This document shows, piece after piece, positions 27,828-39,615 of a stretch of 64,000 nt of DNA. The position numbers and the translations under genes were made by a program. Below the pieces are notes generated by a model. The model saw only the letters and a program-made list of their open reading frames with translations. It was not told where the DNA came from and did not search any database. Source of the stretch: the human T2T-CHM13v2.0 reference genome, Homo sapiens; the NCBI RefSeq assembly GCF_009914755.1, contig NC_060932.1; one strand, written 5' to 3'. Position 1 is the stretch's first letter; each line of letters starts with the position of its first letter.

Positions 27828-30800
27828 CTAAGCTTGGGCCATGGGCCAGACTCCTTCCTCGGAGCCTGTGGGGAGCAGGTGAGGAAGGAGTATGGATAAT
27901 GGTGCCCGTTACTCCTGCACGCGGGGGAGTCTAGTCTCCCAGCCCATCTAAAGTTAGACTAGCTCAGTGCGGATCTATTATTTCAGCTCCTTCTAGTCTC
28001 TTGGATCAAGTCCTTTCCAAGATGGCCCATAATCCAAGCTGTGTAATCTTAGGCAAATGTAAATTAGAATTGGAAACAGTGGTGCTGATGAGCTAATATA
28101 AACATTTTTAAACCAGAACAAGTCAAAAAGGCCAAATGAAAGGCGCATACCATTCATTGGCAGAGGCCCACATGGCTCTCTCCGTTCGGCGGGGAGGGCT
28201 TTCTTCCCCATCTTGCTTTCCCAGCACGGAAAGAACAGATAGACGAGCAGGAGTGATGCCGTCCTTCCAAATCCTCAAAGGCCAGCACTCCCAGAGGTCC
28301 TTCAAGGATTTTTCATTTATCTACTTGGACTTCTTAGTGCTAAAGAGAAATCAGTGACTAGACTAGATATGTAAATAAGAACTTTATTCTCTAGACAAAC
28401 ATTTGTTGTGTCTGCTGTGTCCAAGATACAAAAATGAAAAAACAGGCCTGTGCCCCTCAGGAGCTTAAGTTCTAATGGCAGAGAACTGTGGACACATGTA
28501 CAGGAGAGGGAGTTACTGCTCACGATCCTGCAAGACCAGCTTGCTGTGAGGAGAGCCAAGCTGAGGGCATGTACAGGCCATGTGCATGCTGTTCCTGTGG
28601 CATAAGCAAGGCCATCAGGAGAGGGGGGGTCAGAAGGGGACAGGGTGTTACTGGTGTTTTAATTTGCTCCGCCTCTTGCTGATGGATGGTGTTGAGTTTA
28701 GTGATGCAGACACAGCCTGTGGCCAGAGTTTTGCTGATGGTTCAGCCATGTGCTAGAGAGCCCAGAATACAGAATCACGATTGAAAATTGTCAGTTTCCC
28801 AGATACACTGAGAACAGGCGAGCATGAGCAACGCTGCTGTCACTCCTTACATGCAGTGAGAGTGAGGCAGCTTTCTTTGATGGATATTCAAAGAGTTGAA
28901 CTGTTCTTGAAAGGGAAGAACCAGCGTTTGGGAGCCAAGTGGGGTGTAGGGGGACGTCTTCTTTCAGGACTCTTGAAATTTTCCTGGCCATGGACCGGGA
29001 CCAGAGCCCAGAAATTATAAGCACATGTAGTTACAGCCTCCCCAGATTGGAGAAGGAAATGCAAGAGAGAACGTGACGGAATTTGGAGCTATTTTTCCCT
29101 TCTCTTCTGTTTTGGGTGGAATGGCCTTGCCTGTCTTTGGCTGTGAGCTTGAGTCATCCTCAGTAGAGTCCCAGGTGCTGGTGCCCAGGTGGAGCTTAGA
29201 GCTTAACAAGGAGGAAAGGCACTGGGGCTCCAGAGGCCCAGACAGCTGCGGTGGCTCCTGCTGTCACGCTGGCCTCCCCTTAGAAGAAAGCCACCTGTCC
29301 ATGTCATGCTATCACACTGCGGTGCACCCACCAACCAGTATGAGGCTGTGAGGTCTGCACATCACACCTAAGGCTACTAACGCCGTAACTGTCCGTCATA
29401 CCTAAGGCTAATACGGTGAGCAGCTGCAGCGTCCTGGGGAGGAGATGGGTAATAGGTAATCAAATAGACATAATAGTTTGGGTGGTGATAGTATTCAGGG
29501 AATAAATAATAAGGCCAGGTAAGCAGCTCAGTGTTGTGGTACGGCCAGCACTTCTGGTGCCTTCTGCTTCAAGTTAGCAAAGCAGGCAGGGTCCGCCTGA
29601 GAAGGTAACATCTCAGCAAAGACCTAGAACTTCACCAGCTTTATACGGGGTTTCTTTTTCAGAACACATTCCACTTTAGTGAGGCTTGGAAAATATTTAA
29701 CTCCTGTAATCTTAAAGTAAATGGACTGGAAGTGCAGCAGGCTTGGCTCCCACGCAGCACTAAGGAATCACTGGGAGAGTGTGCAGGGCCCTCCTCAGAG
29801 ACCTTTCTCTGTTTTCCCAGTGAGGAGACGCAAGCCTGGTTCTGCAATTCTTTCCAGCTCTGGAGTCTGTTATGGTTCCCATCTGAGCTCTAAAGGTAGG
29901 GGTGGGCCTGAAGACCCTCCACACTGTCAGTCCTGTGGACGTGGTGGGTGCCCCTCTAGCCACCACTGTCCTCCGGACTGTGCCATATCACAAGCACTTA
30001 CCGAGCTCCTCTACAAACCACGTGACAACCAAATGCAGTGAAAACTGCAGCCCCCCAACCTGCTCCTGCCCATTGTGTTTTCTGTGGATCTGTCTGGAGT
30101 CCTTGGAGACTCCTGAGCATGTGCACTGGCAGAGCTGCCTGACTCTTCCCTGGAAGAAGTTCAAAGAGGGTAGCCACGTGTTCAGACCAGGCCATGGGGT
30201 CTGGGGGCTCCGCGACTCCTGAGAGCAATTCCTGGCCGGACTCTGGCTCATGTTACTGCCCCCACCTCCCCCCGCCCAGGTAAACCCGGGGGTGCAGACA
30301 ACTGTTGTTGAGGTCCCAGGAGCGGGTTGTCCCCTATGCTCCTGGGGACATGGAGGAGAGGGAGGGTCCCAGGATCCCAGTACTTGTATGAGTCGCACTG
30401 ATTAGCTGAAGCCCAGAGGCTTCTTAATCATCCTAGAAATACAGCCTCCCGGGAAATGTGGCCTGGCTCTGCAGCTCTGGGTGGCTCGTGCTCTCCCTCC
30501 TGTGTGGAGGGGTCCTGGAGAGGTTGGGTGAGCTGATTGATAGGTTTCATGTGCAAAGATGATTATTTTCCTGTTCTCAAGTAACCCAACTTTTGCTAGG
30601 AAACTAGAATCATCTAATGTTGCATAGTGAAGTTCTGGGGAAAATGTTTTCTTCCTTAAATCTGAGGAGAGAGATGTCCTAGGAAGGTAGTCTTCAGGCT
30701 CACTCTTGATTCCAGAGCTGGGTTTCAGCACACGCAGTCCCCTCTCCCTGAAGAGTCCTGGTGGGACCACTCGGAGGTGCCAGCTGAGCCAGTGCCACCT

Positions 30801-31699
30801 TTCTGGGGAACCCGGACAGTCCGCAGCAGTATGTTATGCACTCCAGTTCTCATAAGCCTCGCATACTGGACACGGCCTGTCTGCAGGGAGGGAGATCTGA
30901 GAAATGTTAGTGGGAAATAGGACCGCTGGTGTCCACATGCAGGGAGTTGGGCTTCCTTCCCTGGCACTGGAATCCTTGCTGTAACCAGCCGGCTCAGAGG
31001 CAGCCGTGCCTGCAGGGGGAGTATTAGAAACTGATTCTTTGCTAGGTCTTTGCACCTTCGTATTTCAAAATTCTCAGACCCTAGGGTACAAGTAGCCAGA
31101 TATCTTCACAAATGTGCATCCTTTTAGTTTTTGTTTTCCAGGAGATGCTTGGAGCAAAGTTTAGTCCTTGGTGCCTGTGACAGACAGGGATTTCCTATGG
31201 CCTTGGGCTGACCAAAGCTGCTCAGCTCCTGGAGGTGGCTGTTTCTGGATCTTGCTGTGTGGGGGCCTCAGGTCCCATGCCTTTCCTCTGCAGGGCCTTT
31301 GGACAGTCCTCCGGGTCTAGGCCACAGCCCTTGGGATGCAACCACAGGGACGTGGGTGTAGAGTCCTGCTTGCTGGGCCTGCAGCCTCCTAATGCGCCCT
31401 CAGCGAAGAGTTCACATGCTTTTCTTGGAATGTCCTTCCTCGCTGGCCCCCAGAAGCCTCCTCTTACTTGCTCCGCCAAGTCCTCAGTGCGTTTTCCTGG
31501 CTGAGAGCTTTTCATGTCGCATATCCAAGGCCATTCTGCAGCAGCCTCTGGTCCTCAGCTCAGCAGCAGAGGCCTTTGATCTCTTTCGGCGTTGCCTCTC
31601 TTGGCTCTCTGCCCTCAGAACAGGCCGGTCTTCAAGACCGAGGCAGCCCCAGGTGGAGGTTACTGTGCACCGTTAACGGGTGATCTTTCTCCATCCCAG

Positions 31700-31803
31700 G
31701 TCCCAGGTGTGTGATGGCGGCTGCAATCTGTCTTGTGGGTATTAATGCAATCTTCAGTGGTGGCTACTGTTCTCTAGCTGTTCTACAAAACTGGAGCATG
31801 CTG
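31700..31803 (+). other. RBPMS: RBPMS non-coding 3'UTR exon, 104 nt
   Basis: ttaac branch, ctttctccatcccag| acceptor and CTG|gtgagt donor; consistent with the recalled RBPMS gene structure. Confidence 0.8.
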
Positions 31804-32571
31804 GTGAGTAACAGAGTCAGGGCTGAACAAGCCCTCAGGGGCGGCATGGCGAACACGTGGGAACTGTGGGCCTCTGGGGGTGGGGTCTGGCATTCCAGGT
31901 GCTCGTGCCCCTCCACCCCAGGTGATTCTGCCCGGAGCTCTTTAACATCTGCTCCAACACGGCCTGCCAGGGAAGGTCATCCCAGGACAGCAACTGATAC
32001 ATTTTTAAAGCCCATCACCCCAGTATTTGGTGCTCACCATGTCCTCCTTAGGTAAGGCTGGCACCATGAACATCTGGCTGTCCAGTGGCACCTGGAGTGA
32101 GGGATTCCACCTAGGGAAATGTTACTGAAACGAAGCTTTTCCCTTTAAGCATCGCCTTTTTTGGGGGGAAATTATTATTTTGTTGGAAATCTGTTTCAGA
32201 TGTAATGTGTATATCCCCCCATCTTATTAATCCAGTTATACTGCATATGATCAGCCATTTGATGACTTAGGGACATAGGATAATTACCCTGGAGCATGAC
32301 TGAATCAGAATTCACAATTAATTTCTCCAGACTGTGGGCCTCTTAGTAGTTCATGGTTTTAGCTTAGCAGTTCATGGTTTTAGTGATCTGTCTTTTCAGT
32401 CGGTATCACCTGTCACTCCTCAGTTCGTTAGCTACTAGCAGGAAATGTAGTCTAAAAAAAATCCTCCTGTAGCATTCCCAGAGGTGACCTTGCTGTTGGG
32501 TCTCTGGAAAGCCTGGCTTAGAGCGGCAGGAATGCCAGGGGCGAGTCTATGGTGGTTTATGTCTCAGCCTA

Positions 32572-32577
32572 AATAAA
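32572..32577 (+). terminator. RBPMS: Candidate poly(A) signal, used if the 31804 donor is skipped (composite terminal exon)
   Basis: AATAAA ~770 nt past the donor, after UTR-like AU-rich sequence. Confidence 0.55.
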
Positions 32578-35500
32578 GCGGCAGGCTGCATCCCTCTGAG
32601 GGGCCTATGAAAAAAGAGGAGTCTGAAAGGAACAAGATTCCTGCTACAGAGAACCAAGCGCTTCTGGCCAAGGAGGTGGGGTCGCATTTGAGGGGCTTAA
32701 GTCACTTCATACTCCGACGATACCTCTCAGTGCCGACCCAGGAGCAGGCATCAGGTGTGTGCCACACTGGGCGACCCACCTCCCACCACCCCAGAGAGCT
32801 TTCCCACAGGAAGCCGGACCCTGCACTTTGGGCATTTTTCCCGGGGTGCCTGTTTCTTGCACTAACCCAAGCTTTTTTCACATCACATAGGGCAGCTGGG
32901 TCTATCCCACTAGGCCCACGGCCTTCTAGCTTTTCCTTTTGTCAAAGCTCTTAATGGTCATCACTCACTCAAACTTTTTTAAAAGACATGATTTTGTTCT
33001 TCCTCCTGGGGATATTTAAAAACCAGTTAAGCCACTTGCACATTTTTTTCCACTTATGCAATTTTTGAATGCTGGTTAGACATGATTTTAAATGCAGCAA
33101 GTCAACCAAAGTATCAACAATGCAAGGAGCAGGAGTTTTCCTGGTAGGCCACGGAAGGGCCTAGTGGCAGGAGACAGAAAAGAGGGGACAGGTTTGGGTC
33201 ACGGTCCTGGGGGCAGCTGAGGATCAGGTTGCAAATGCCCCAGATGTGCCTGAGAGAGCGGCAGCAGCCAGCATGGAGGGGAGCAGTGGCGTTCTCAGCA
33301 CCAGTGTGTTAAGGTGGGGCTCACAATTTCTTGGGGCCTTCCCTGGGTTACAGCAGCGAGTTTGGAGGGGGCTTTTCTCTTCCCAAATCTGAGGTCAGAC
33401 AACAGTGCTTATGTGACCTACCCTTGGAGGGCAGAGATGGGCCATTCTCCATGGGCCCCCAGGGCTGGAATGGAGTTCCAAACTGCAGAAGACCATGCCC
33501 CTAGAGGCTCCAGAGACCGTGAACTTTTTCAATGACACGTTTGAAAATCTATTACAAATTAATATCAGTACCTGATTTTTTGAAGATGAAGCTGACAGGT
33601 ATTAAATGAAAACGGAAGCACTCTTAATTAGGAACCTTTGCCACATGATGGCCCATGTTTATTTGGAGTTGGGGGGAGAACATTCCTTATCTGACTTGGT
33701 AACCAGGAAGCCTTAGAAACTCTTGGGGAAGGAATCCTCAGGAATTAGGTCAAGGAGCTGCAGATGGATCAAGGGAGGCTTTCCTCTGGGAGAAAAATCT
33801 CCCAAGGCATCGGACCGAGACCCTGACTGGGTGCGAAGAGACCGCAGAGTGAGGGGCAGGCAGCGGGCATCCTGACCCCAGGCCCATCTGTCCCCACGTT
33901 CTGAGTTCCACCAAAGACCCAAAATGCAGTGTTTTAGAATTGTGTAATATTCCTTAAGAGACCAAGAGACATCCTCCAGTGTCTTCAAACTGGGACTGTT
34001 CCCACTTACCTGAGATAAGGAGATTTGTTCCCTGTCTTGACGTCCCATCACCTGTATGTCATAGTCGGCCCCTTCCAGGAAGGCCCCGCGAGGAGAACCT
34101 GCTCCTAATCAGAGCCTTATGCGTTCCCAACCCTGACCCCGCCATCCATCCCTCCGTGGGGCTGTGTTCCCAGATGTCTTTGGATTCTGTTTAAAATGTC
34201 CTTGTTAAGACATTCCAAGGTTTGAACTCCGCTCCTAGCTAAACCTCCTCCTTGTTTACAGGGACTGAAATAGCCACATTTTGACCTTCTGTTCAGTCTG
34301 GGATCATCTGTGGTAGTGTGACTACATTCCTTTCCCATGCAAGGATCCCATTTACATGGCAGTTATGGAAGGCCCAGAAAACCAGACTTGCTCCCGCCCT
34401 CCTCCTGCCTATGTTCCTTCTCCCTTCAGATTAGCCCTCCTAGGCAGCCATTCCGCCTGCTCAGGGGCTGGGGCATTGGGAAGCTGCGTGGTTCATTACC
34501 CAGGAAAGCTGGAGCCACCATATCCCCCTCATCAGGGCTGCAGCTACCCATGGAGGCTCAGGGTGCCCCTGGGCTGGTGTACAGAACCCAAAGTTGGTCC
34601 CCTGGCCTGCTCCCAGGCCAGACACCATCAACCCCAGGGGCCCATGTCTCAGTGCCACATGCCATAAATGACCCACCACTCCTGTTTTGTGTGTCCTACA
34701 GTCTAAGTGTCTGAATGGAGGGTTTGCATTTGGGCCACCTGCAAGTGACTGGGGTTTGAGGAGAAGGAAAAGGTCTCAGGAAAATAATGCAGGATGATCC
34801 CTGTCAAAGCTAAAGTGGCCTGGTCAGTGAGAACCCCTGTGAGGAGCTCAGAGGAGGAAGCCCTTAAGATCTCCAGAGGCATGAGTTCTGAAAGACAGTG
34901 TGGCCTGTATATGCTGAGGGGACTAGTAACAGAAGAGAGGAAGTAAGAACAGGCACGGCACGCTCTGCTGAAAGTAGACTGCGGCCAGGCTTTTGAAGGC
35001 CTTGAAGGATGTGTTAGGGATTTGGAAGCCACTGGAAAGATGAGCAGGGGTGGAGAGTGATTTAGGAATGTTGTTGTCATGCTGCCCAAAGCAAAGTAGA
35101 TGAAGATTCGAGGTAGAAGCACACTTCTGCACAGGTGGCCCTAAGATGGTGATGGTGGAGTGGAAGGAGCAGATGAGCCAAGAGGACAGGAAATGAGGTC
35201 GGTGTAAAGGGCAGGGACAGGCCAGGGGTGCACAGGGATGAGTCTGGATTTGGCTGCCTTGAGGGCTGTCTACAGTAAGCATACTTAAGCGGATGTGCTA
35301 GAACTAATGTCATTATTTATTTGCCACAACCTAAAGAGACAGGCAAGTATTAGTCGCCCGTCACAGAGAAGGTCCAGGGTGTCCAGGGCCCACTGTGGAA
35401 AGCTCTGCCTGGCTTGCCCCTGCTCCGCCGGCCGTTACCCGCTACCCACTCATACTGTTGTCCAAAAACTGGGCAGTGAAAAGTCACAGGTCAGATACAA

Positions 35501-36173
35501 ATTGGACAGATTTGGTGTGAACATTTACAAGCTCATCCCGTACGCTATGTTTCAGTGGTCACCTAAATATTCTCATTTCAGGACTTTTTAAAACACATTT
35601 TCCCAAATCTAACTTGGGACAAAATCTAACTTGGGACATTTAAATAGGTTATCAATAATTATCTGTTTATGGCCTCTTTCGGCACACAAATAAGCATCTC
35701 CCTGTACAAAATTCTAGTGTATGCTGAGCTGATTGATTGCCTTCTGCATACACCTTTTCTACAACTTCTCAAACGTGTGTGACATGCTGGTAAGATGGCA
35801 GGAAAAGGAGTGACTGAATAATACAATATAGCTGAGATGTGTTTCAAGAAAACCTCTGGGCCAGGGTAGGGGTTTGTGAGCGGGAGCCAAGGACTTGCCC
35901 CATGTTTCTAATCAAGGTGAGACCACTGACACATGTGGTCAGCAAATATGTTCTATACACACATCCGCACACTGTCATCTAACCCATCCGTTCTCCCATC
36001 CACAGCATCTCCAGGACAAAGCCATCGCAACTAGGGAGGGGTTGACACCTGCTCTCCTAACATGTTTTCTTTCTGTTTCAGGCTTGAAAAACCCTTGCCC
36101 AGTTTTGATCCCTTCAAGACTTTGTCACAGCCTCTATCACACATCTGTTTTTCTCGAAGAAAAAAATATAATT

Positions 36174-36179
36174 AATAAA
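36174..36179 (+). terminator. RBPMS: Proximal poly(A) signal in the terminal exon (second AATAAA at 36299-36304)
   Basis: AATAAA seen directly. Confidence 0.65.
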
Positions 36180-37676
36180 AATGTTTTACTCTTTTACACT
36201 GTATAATTGTAAGAAATAGCGTATTATTTGTGAATGCATGGTCTGAAATTTCTGTACAGTTTGGAGATATTTTCAAACGAAACGTAAGAGAAGTCAACAA
36301 TAAAACCAAGAAAAGTGAGTATTTTTATACCAAACATTTTAAGTATGCTGGGATGGACGATCTTACACTGGTTTGGATCACAGTTTTTGTTCTTGACTTT
36401 TGAATGCTTGTAATTAAAAATATCTATTTTTTTCCTCTGAAGTAAGTTGCATGTTTGAGGCATGTTTCCAAATATTATCAAAATATCCTGAATTGTATTG
36501 TGAATATATAGAAATCTGTGCCTGGCCGGAGTCCAGGGTAAATTAGTAGCATGGTGTTAGATGTTAGAAACAGAACTGTTATTTGCAGTGTTAGGTCTAG
36601 GATCCCAGTTCTAGTAGGACAGCCCTGCAAGACAATCAACCAGAAGCCTCCAGGAGCTTCTACCTATGGCTTATTCACAACTGGGCAAGAAAACATCATT
36701 GGTAAGAACTGCTGAGTGTGCCCTTAGAAAGCCCTAGTAGCTCCAGCTGTGACTATATCAACTGTGTGCCAAGTGTGACTTTGTACAGTTTTATGTTTCC
36801 ACTCTCCTGTATGTGTAGCCACTCGATGCCTAACCTACCTTCCACAAGCCAGCCCCGCATCCCTGCTCCCGCAGTGTAAGTGCAGAGCCTGCCTCACTGG
36901 TAAGGGAAAACCTTGGCTTGGGAGGCCAGCCCTGGCCCTTGAAGGGGTTGGCTGTGCCCAGCCCACCTGGCTGCAGTGGGCAGCTCATGTCTGTATCTCC
37001 AAAGTGATGTTTGTTTGCAAAACACCGGCTGAACTGAGCTGGTGTTGCCAACTCTTGGCAGCACTGGGCCAAACCGACCACATACCATGAGCTCCCAAAT
37101 GGCGTGTGCTCACTGTGAGACGTCCTGCCACACCCCACAGGAGACGGAGGCAGTGGGCATTTGGAACCAATTCTATTCAGACTTCGTCAAAGCCAAAGTC
37201 AGTCTGGTGTTGTCAGTTGACACATCTCCAGAGTTCATGACAGCTCAACCTCTCCCCTTGTACAGAAGCCATTTTTGTAAAACCACACTGACCTAAATTC
37301 AGCTGCCAAACACAGTCTTTCCTATTGATCCGCTCGGCTTATGTTGAAAATTTCAATGTCATGATTACCTGGTTGGTTTGGGTTTTTGTTTTGTTATTTT
37401 CCATTAGAAATATAAAGATGTCAAGAAGCTTTTAAAGGTCAACACAAAAAACCAAGGCCAGGAGTGAGGGGCTCTTTCTTACCGTAAATAAGGGGAAAAG
37501 GCAGTTAGCTCAAGGACTTGTGACGGATCCACTTTGGTGTTCAAGGACCTGCTTATGCCCTCAGTGCCAATCGGCTCTTGGTGAGATGACTGTACTCCTA
37601 AGGAAAATAGCCACTTCTGCAGTCTATTATGCTTTTATAACTGTTTAAAGGTACTTTTCTATTGTCATTTTTAAAA

Positions 37677-37682
37677 AATAAA
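37677..37682 (+). terminator. RBPMS: Distal RBPMS poly(A) signal
   Basis: AATAAA preceded by a U-rich upstream element. Confidence 0.75.
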
Positions 37683-38052
37683 GTGCTTATTCCAGCTGTC
37701 ACACCATTGCTTGACAAATTCTTTTTTAGCAAGACCAACTACATGTATCCCACACTGCAGACAAGACGCCAGCAGATTTCATTCCCATTGTCAGGCTTCG
37801 GCAGAGCTAAGCAAGCATTGGCCATTGAGCTTAGGCACAAAGAGATTAAAGGAGGAAGCAGATACCGGGGAAAGCCAGAGAGTAAGTCTGCAAACGCACA
37901 ACCACAGTGGCTGGTGACCCACAATGACACCAGAGGCAGAGGGACCTCAAGGGAGGCCCCTCATCTACCTCAGCCTACAAAGCTTGACTCAGGATTATCT
38001 GAATTATATTAAAATGTCACTTGGGTTTTCTGCTGACTTAAATATATCTTAC

Positions 38053-38350
38053 GCCAGGCATGGTGGCTCACACCTGTAATCCCAACACTGGGAAACTGAG
38101 GCAGGAGGCTTGCTTGATCCCAGGAGTTTGAGACCAGCCTGGACAACACAGCAAGACCCTCAATTTTAACATTAGCCAGGAGTACTAGCACCTGTGGTCC
38201 TAGCTACTCAGGGGACCACAGAGGAAAGACAACTTGAGCCCAAGAGGTCGAGGCTGCAGTGAGCCATGACTGCTCCACTGCACTGAAGCCTCGGCAACAG
38301 GGCAAGACCCTGACTCCAAAACCATAAAAAATTAAAAAAAAAAAAAAAGT
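38053..38350 (+). mobile_element. AluJ
   Basis: gccaggcatggtggctcacacctgtaatcccaacact... with poly-A tail. Confidence 0.9.
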
Positions 38351-39477
38351 GGAAAACCAGGCACCAATTGCCAAGAGAATCGTGTTTTATATATACTCTC
38401 ACCTACTCTTTTTTCCCCCCAAAGGAGAAAGAAAGCAAAAAAAAAAAAAAAACATCCAAGCAGTGGCAACAACCACTACTGAGTCTTGCTGGGTACTGAG
38501 ATGACCCGCAGTGAAGCTCTCACAGCCTGCCTGCAGAAGAGCCTAGCCACCAAACGTAGGTTGTGTCCACTGCCTTCCAACTTACGTAACTGTAGAAGGC
38601 CAAAAGCTTTCCTGGGCCCAGGCTTAGAAGGCCACGCCAGCATGGCTCTCAGGCCCGCCTGATCTGCCTTTGGTCCACCTGTGAGCTCCAACTCATAGGC
38701 ACCAGAGATTGGCCAAACAGCTAAGGAATGGAGGCTAGTGAGCTCTTAAGGGGTTTTGCTGCCTCGGGACTGCCCGGACTCCATCCCAGCCAGTCACTGG
38801 CTGAACACAGTCACCTATGATTTTTTACAGGGGGCCCTGGGATGGATGAGCACCCCAATCTTCCCCATGCTGATGATAGTCATTCATGATGTGCAAGTGA
38901 CAAGTCTGGATGGTATTTACTAATCTAGTGTGACCTCCAGATATATTTCCACTCACCAGCCAGATACCAGCTTCATTAGGGTCTGTGCGAAGTTACCCTT
39001 TTTGTCACTCTATTGAACAGGAAGGAATGCAGTATGTCTTCTGGAATCAAGAACTTGGAATACGAAAAAGGCAGGCTGTTTGCTCTTGCTCCCATGCAAA
39101 ATGTCCCAATTTGTAGGCTCCAGAAAGATGGTAACTAAGCCCATCTTTTTGTGTGATTACCAAATGAACCCTTGTTAATGTCGAACTGATATAACTATAA
39201 AAGTGGCATCTGAAATTAAATACCATGCTTTCCACGTCTATAACAAAATTACAAATTAAAGGAATGTGAAAAGAACCTTGCAGTTCACAAAGTGAACGCT
39301 ACATTGCCAATTAATCACACCTGGGCTTCAGACTCAGCTGGACCCAGGGCATGCACATGTCTCCACCCTACTTTCATGGACTAGCTTGCAATTGTTATTG
39401 CCCCATCCCTGAATTCTGCGTTCCAATACACAAGAATTCTTGGTGTCTGTCAAGATGACATAAAGAAGTAAGGTTTT

Positions 39478-39615
39478 TTTTAAGGGACGGGGTCTCCAGA
39501 CTGGAGTGCAGTGGCAGATTCACAGCTCACTTGCAGCCTCGAACTCCTGGACTCAAGCCATCCTCCTGCCTCAGCCTCCTGAGTAGCTGGGACTATAGGC
39601 GCGTGCCACCATGTC
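39478..39615 (-). mobile_element. Single Alu arm (FRAM/AluJ fragment)
   Basis: ctggagtgcagtggc...cctcagcctcctgagtagctgggactataggcgcgtgccaccatg. Confidence 0.8.

Larger units (their letters stand above)
36082..37700 (+). other. RBPMS: RBPMS terminal 3'UTR exon
   Basis: cctaac branch and gttttctttctgtttcag| acceptor; AU-rich UTR with AATAAA at 36174, 36299 and 37677; 3' end approximate. Confidence 0.85.
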
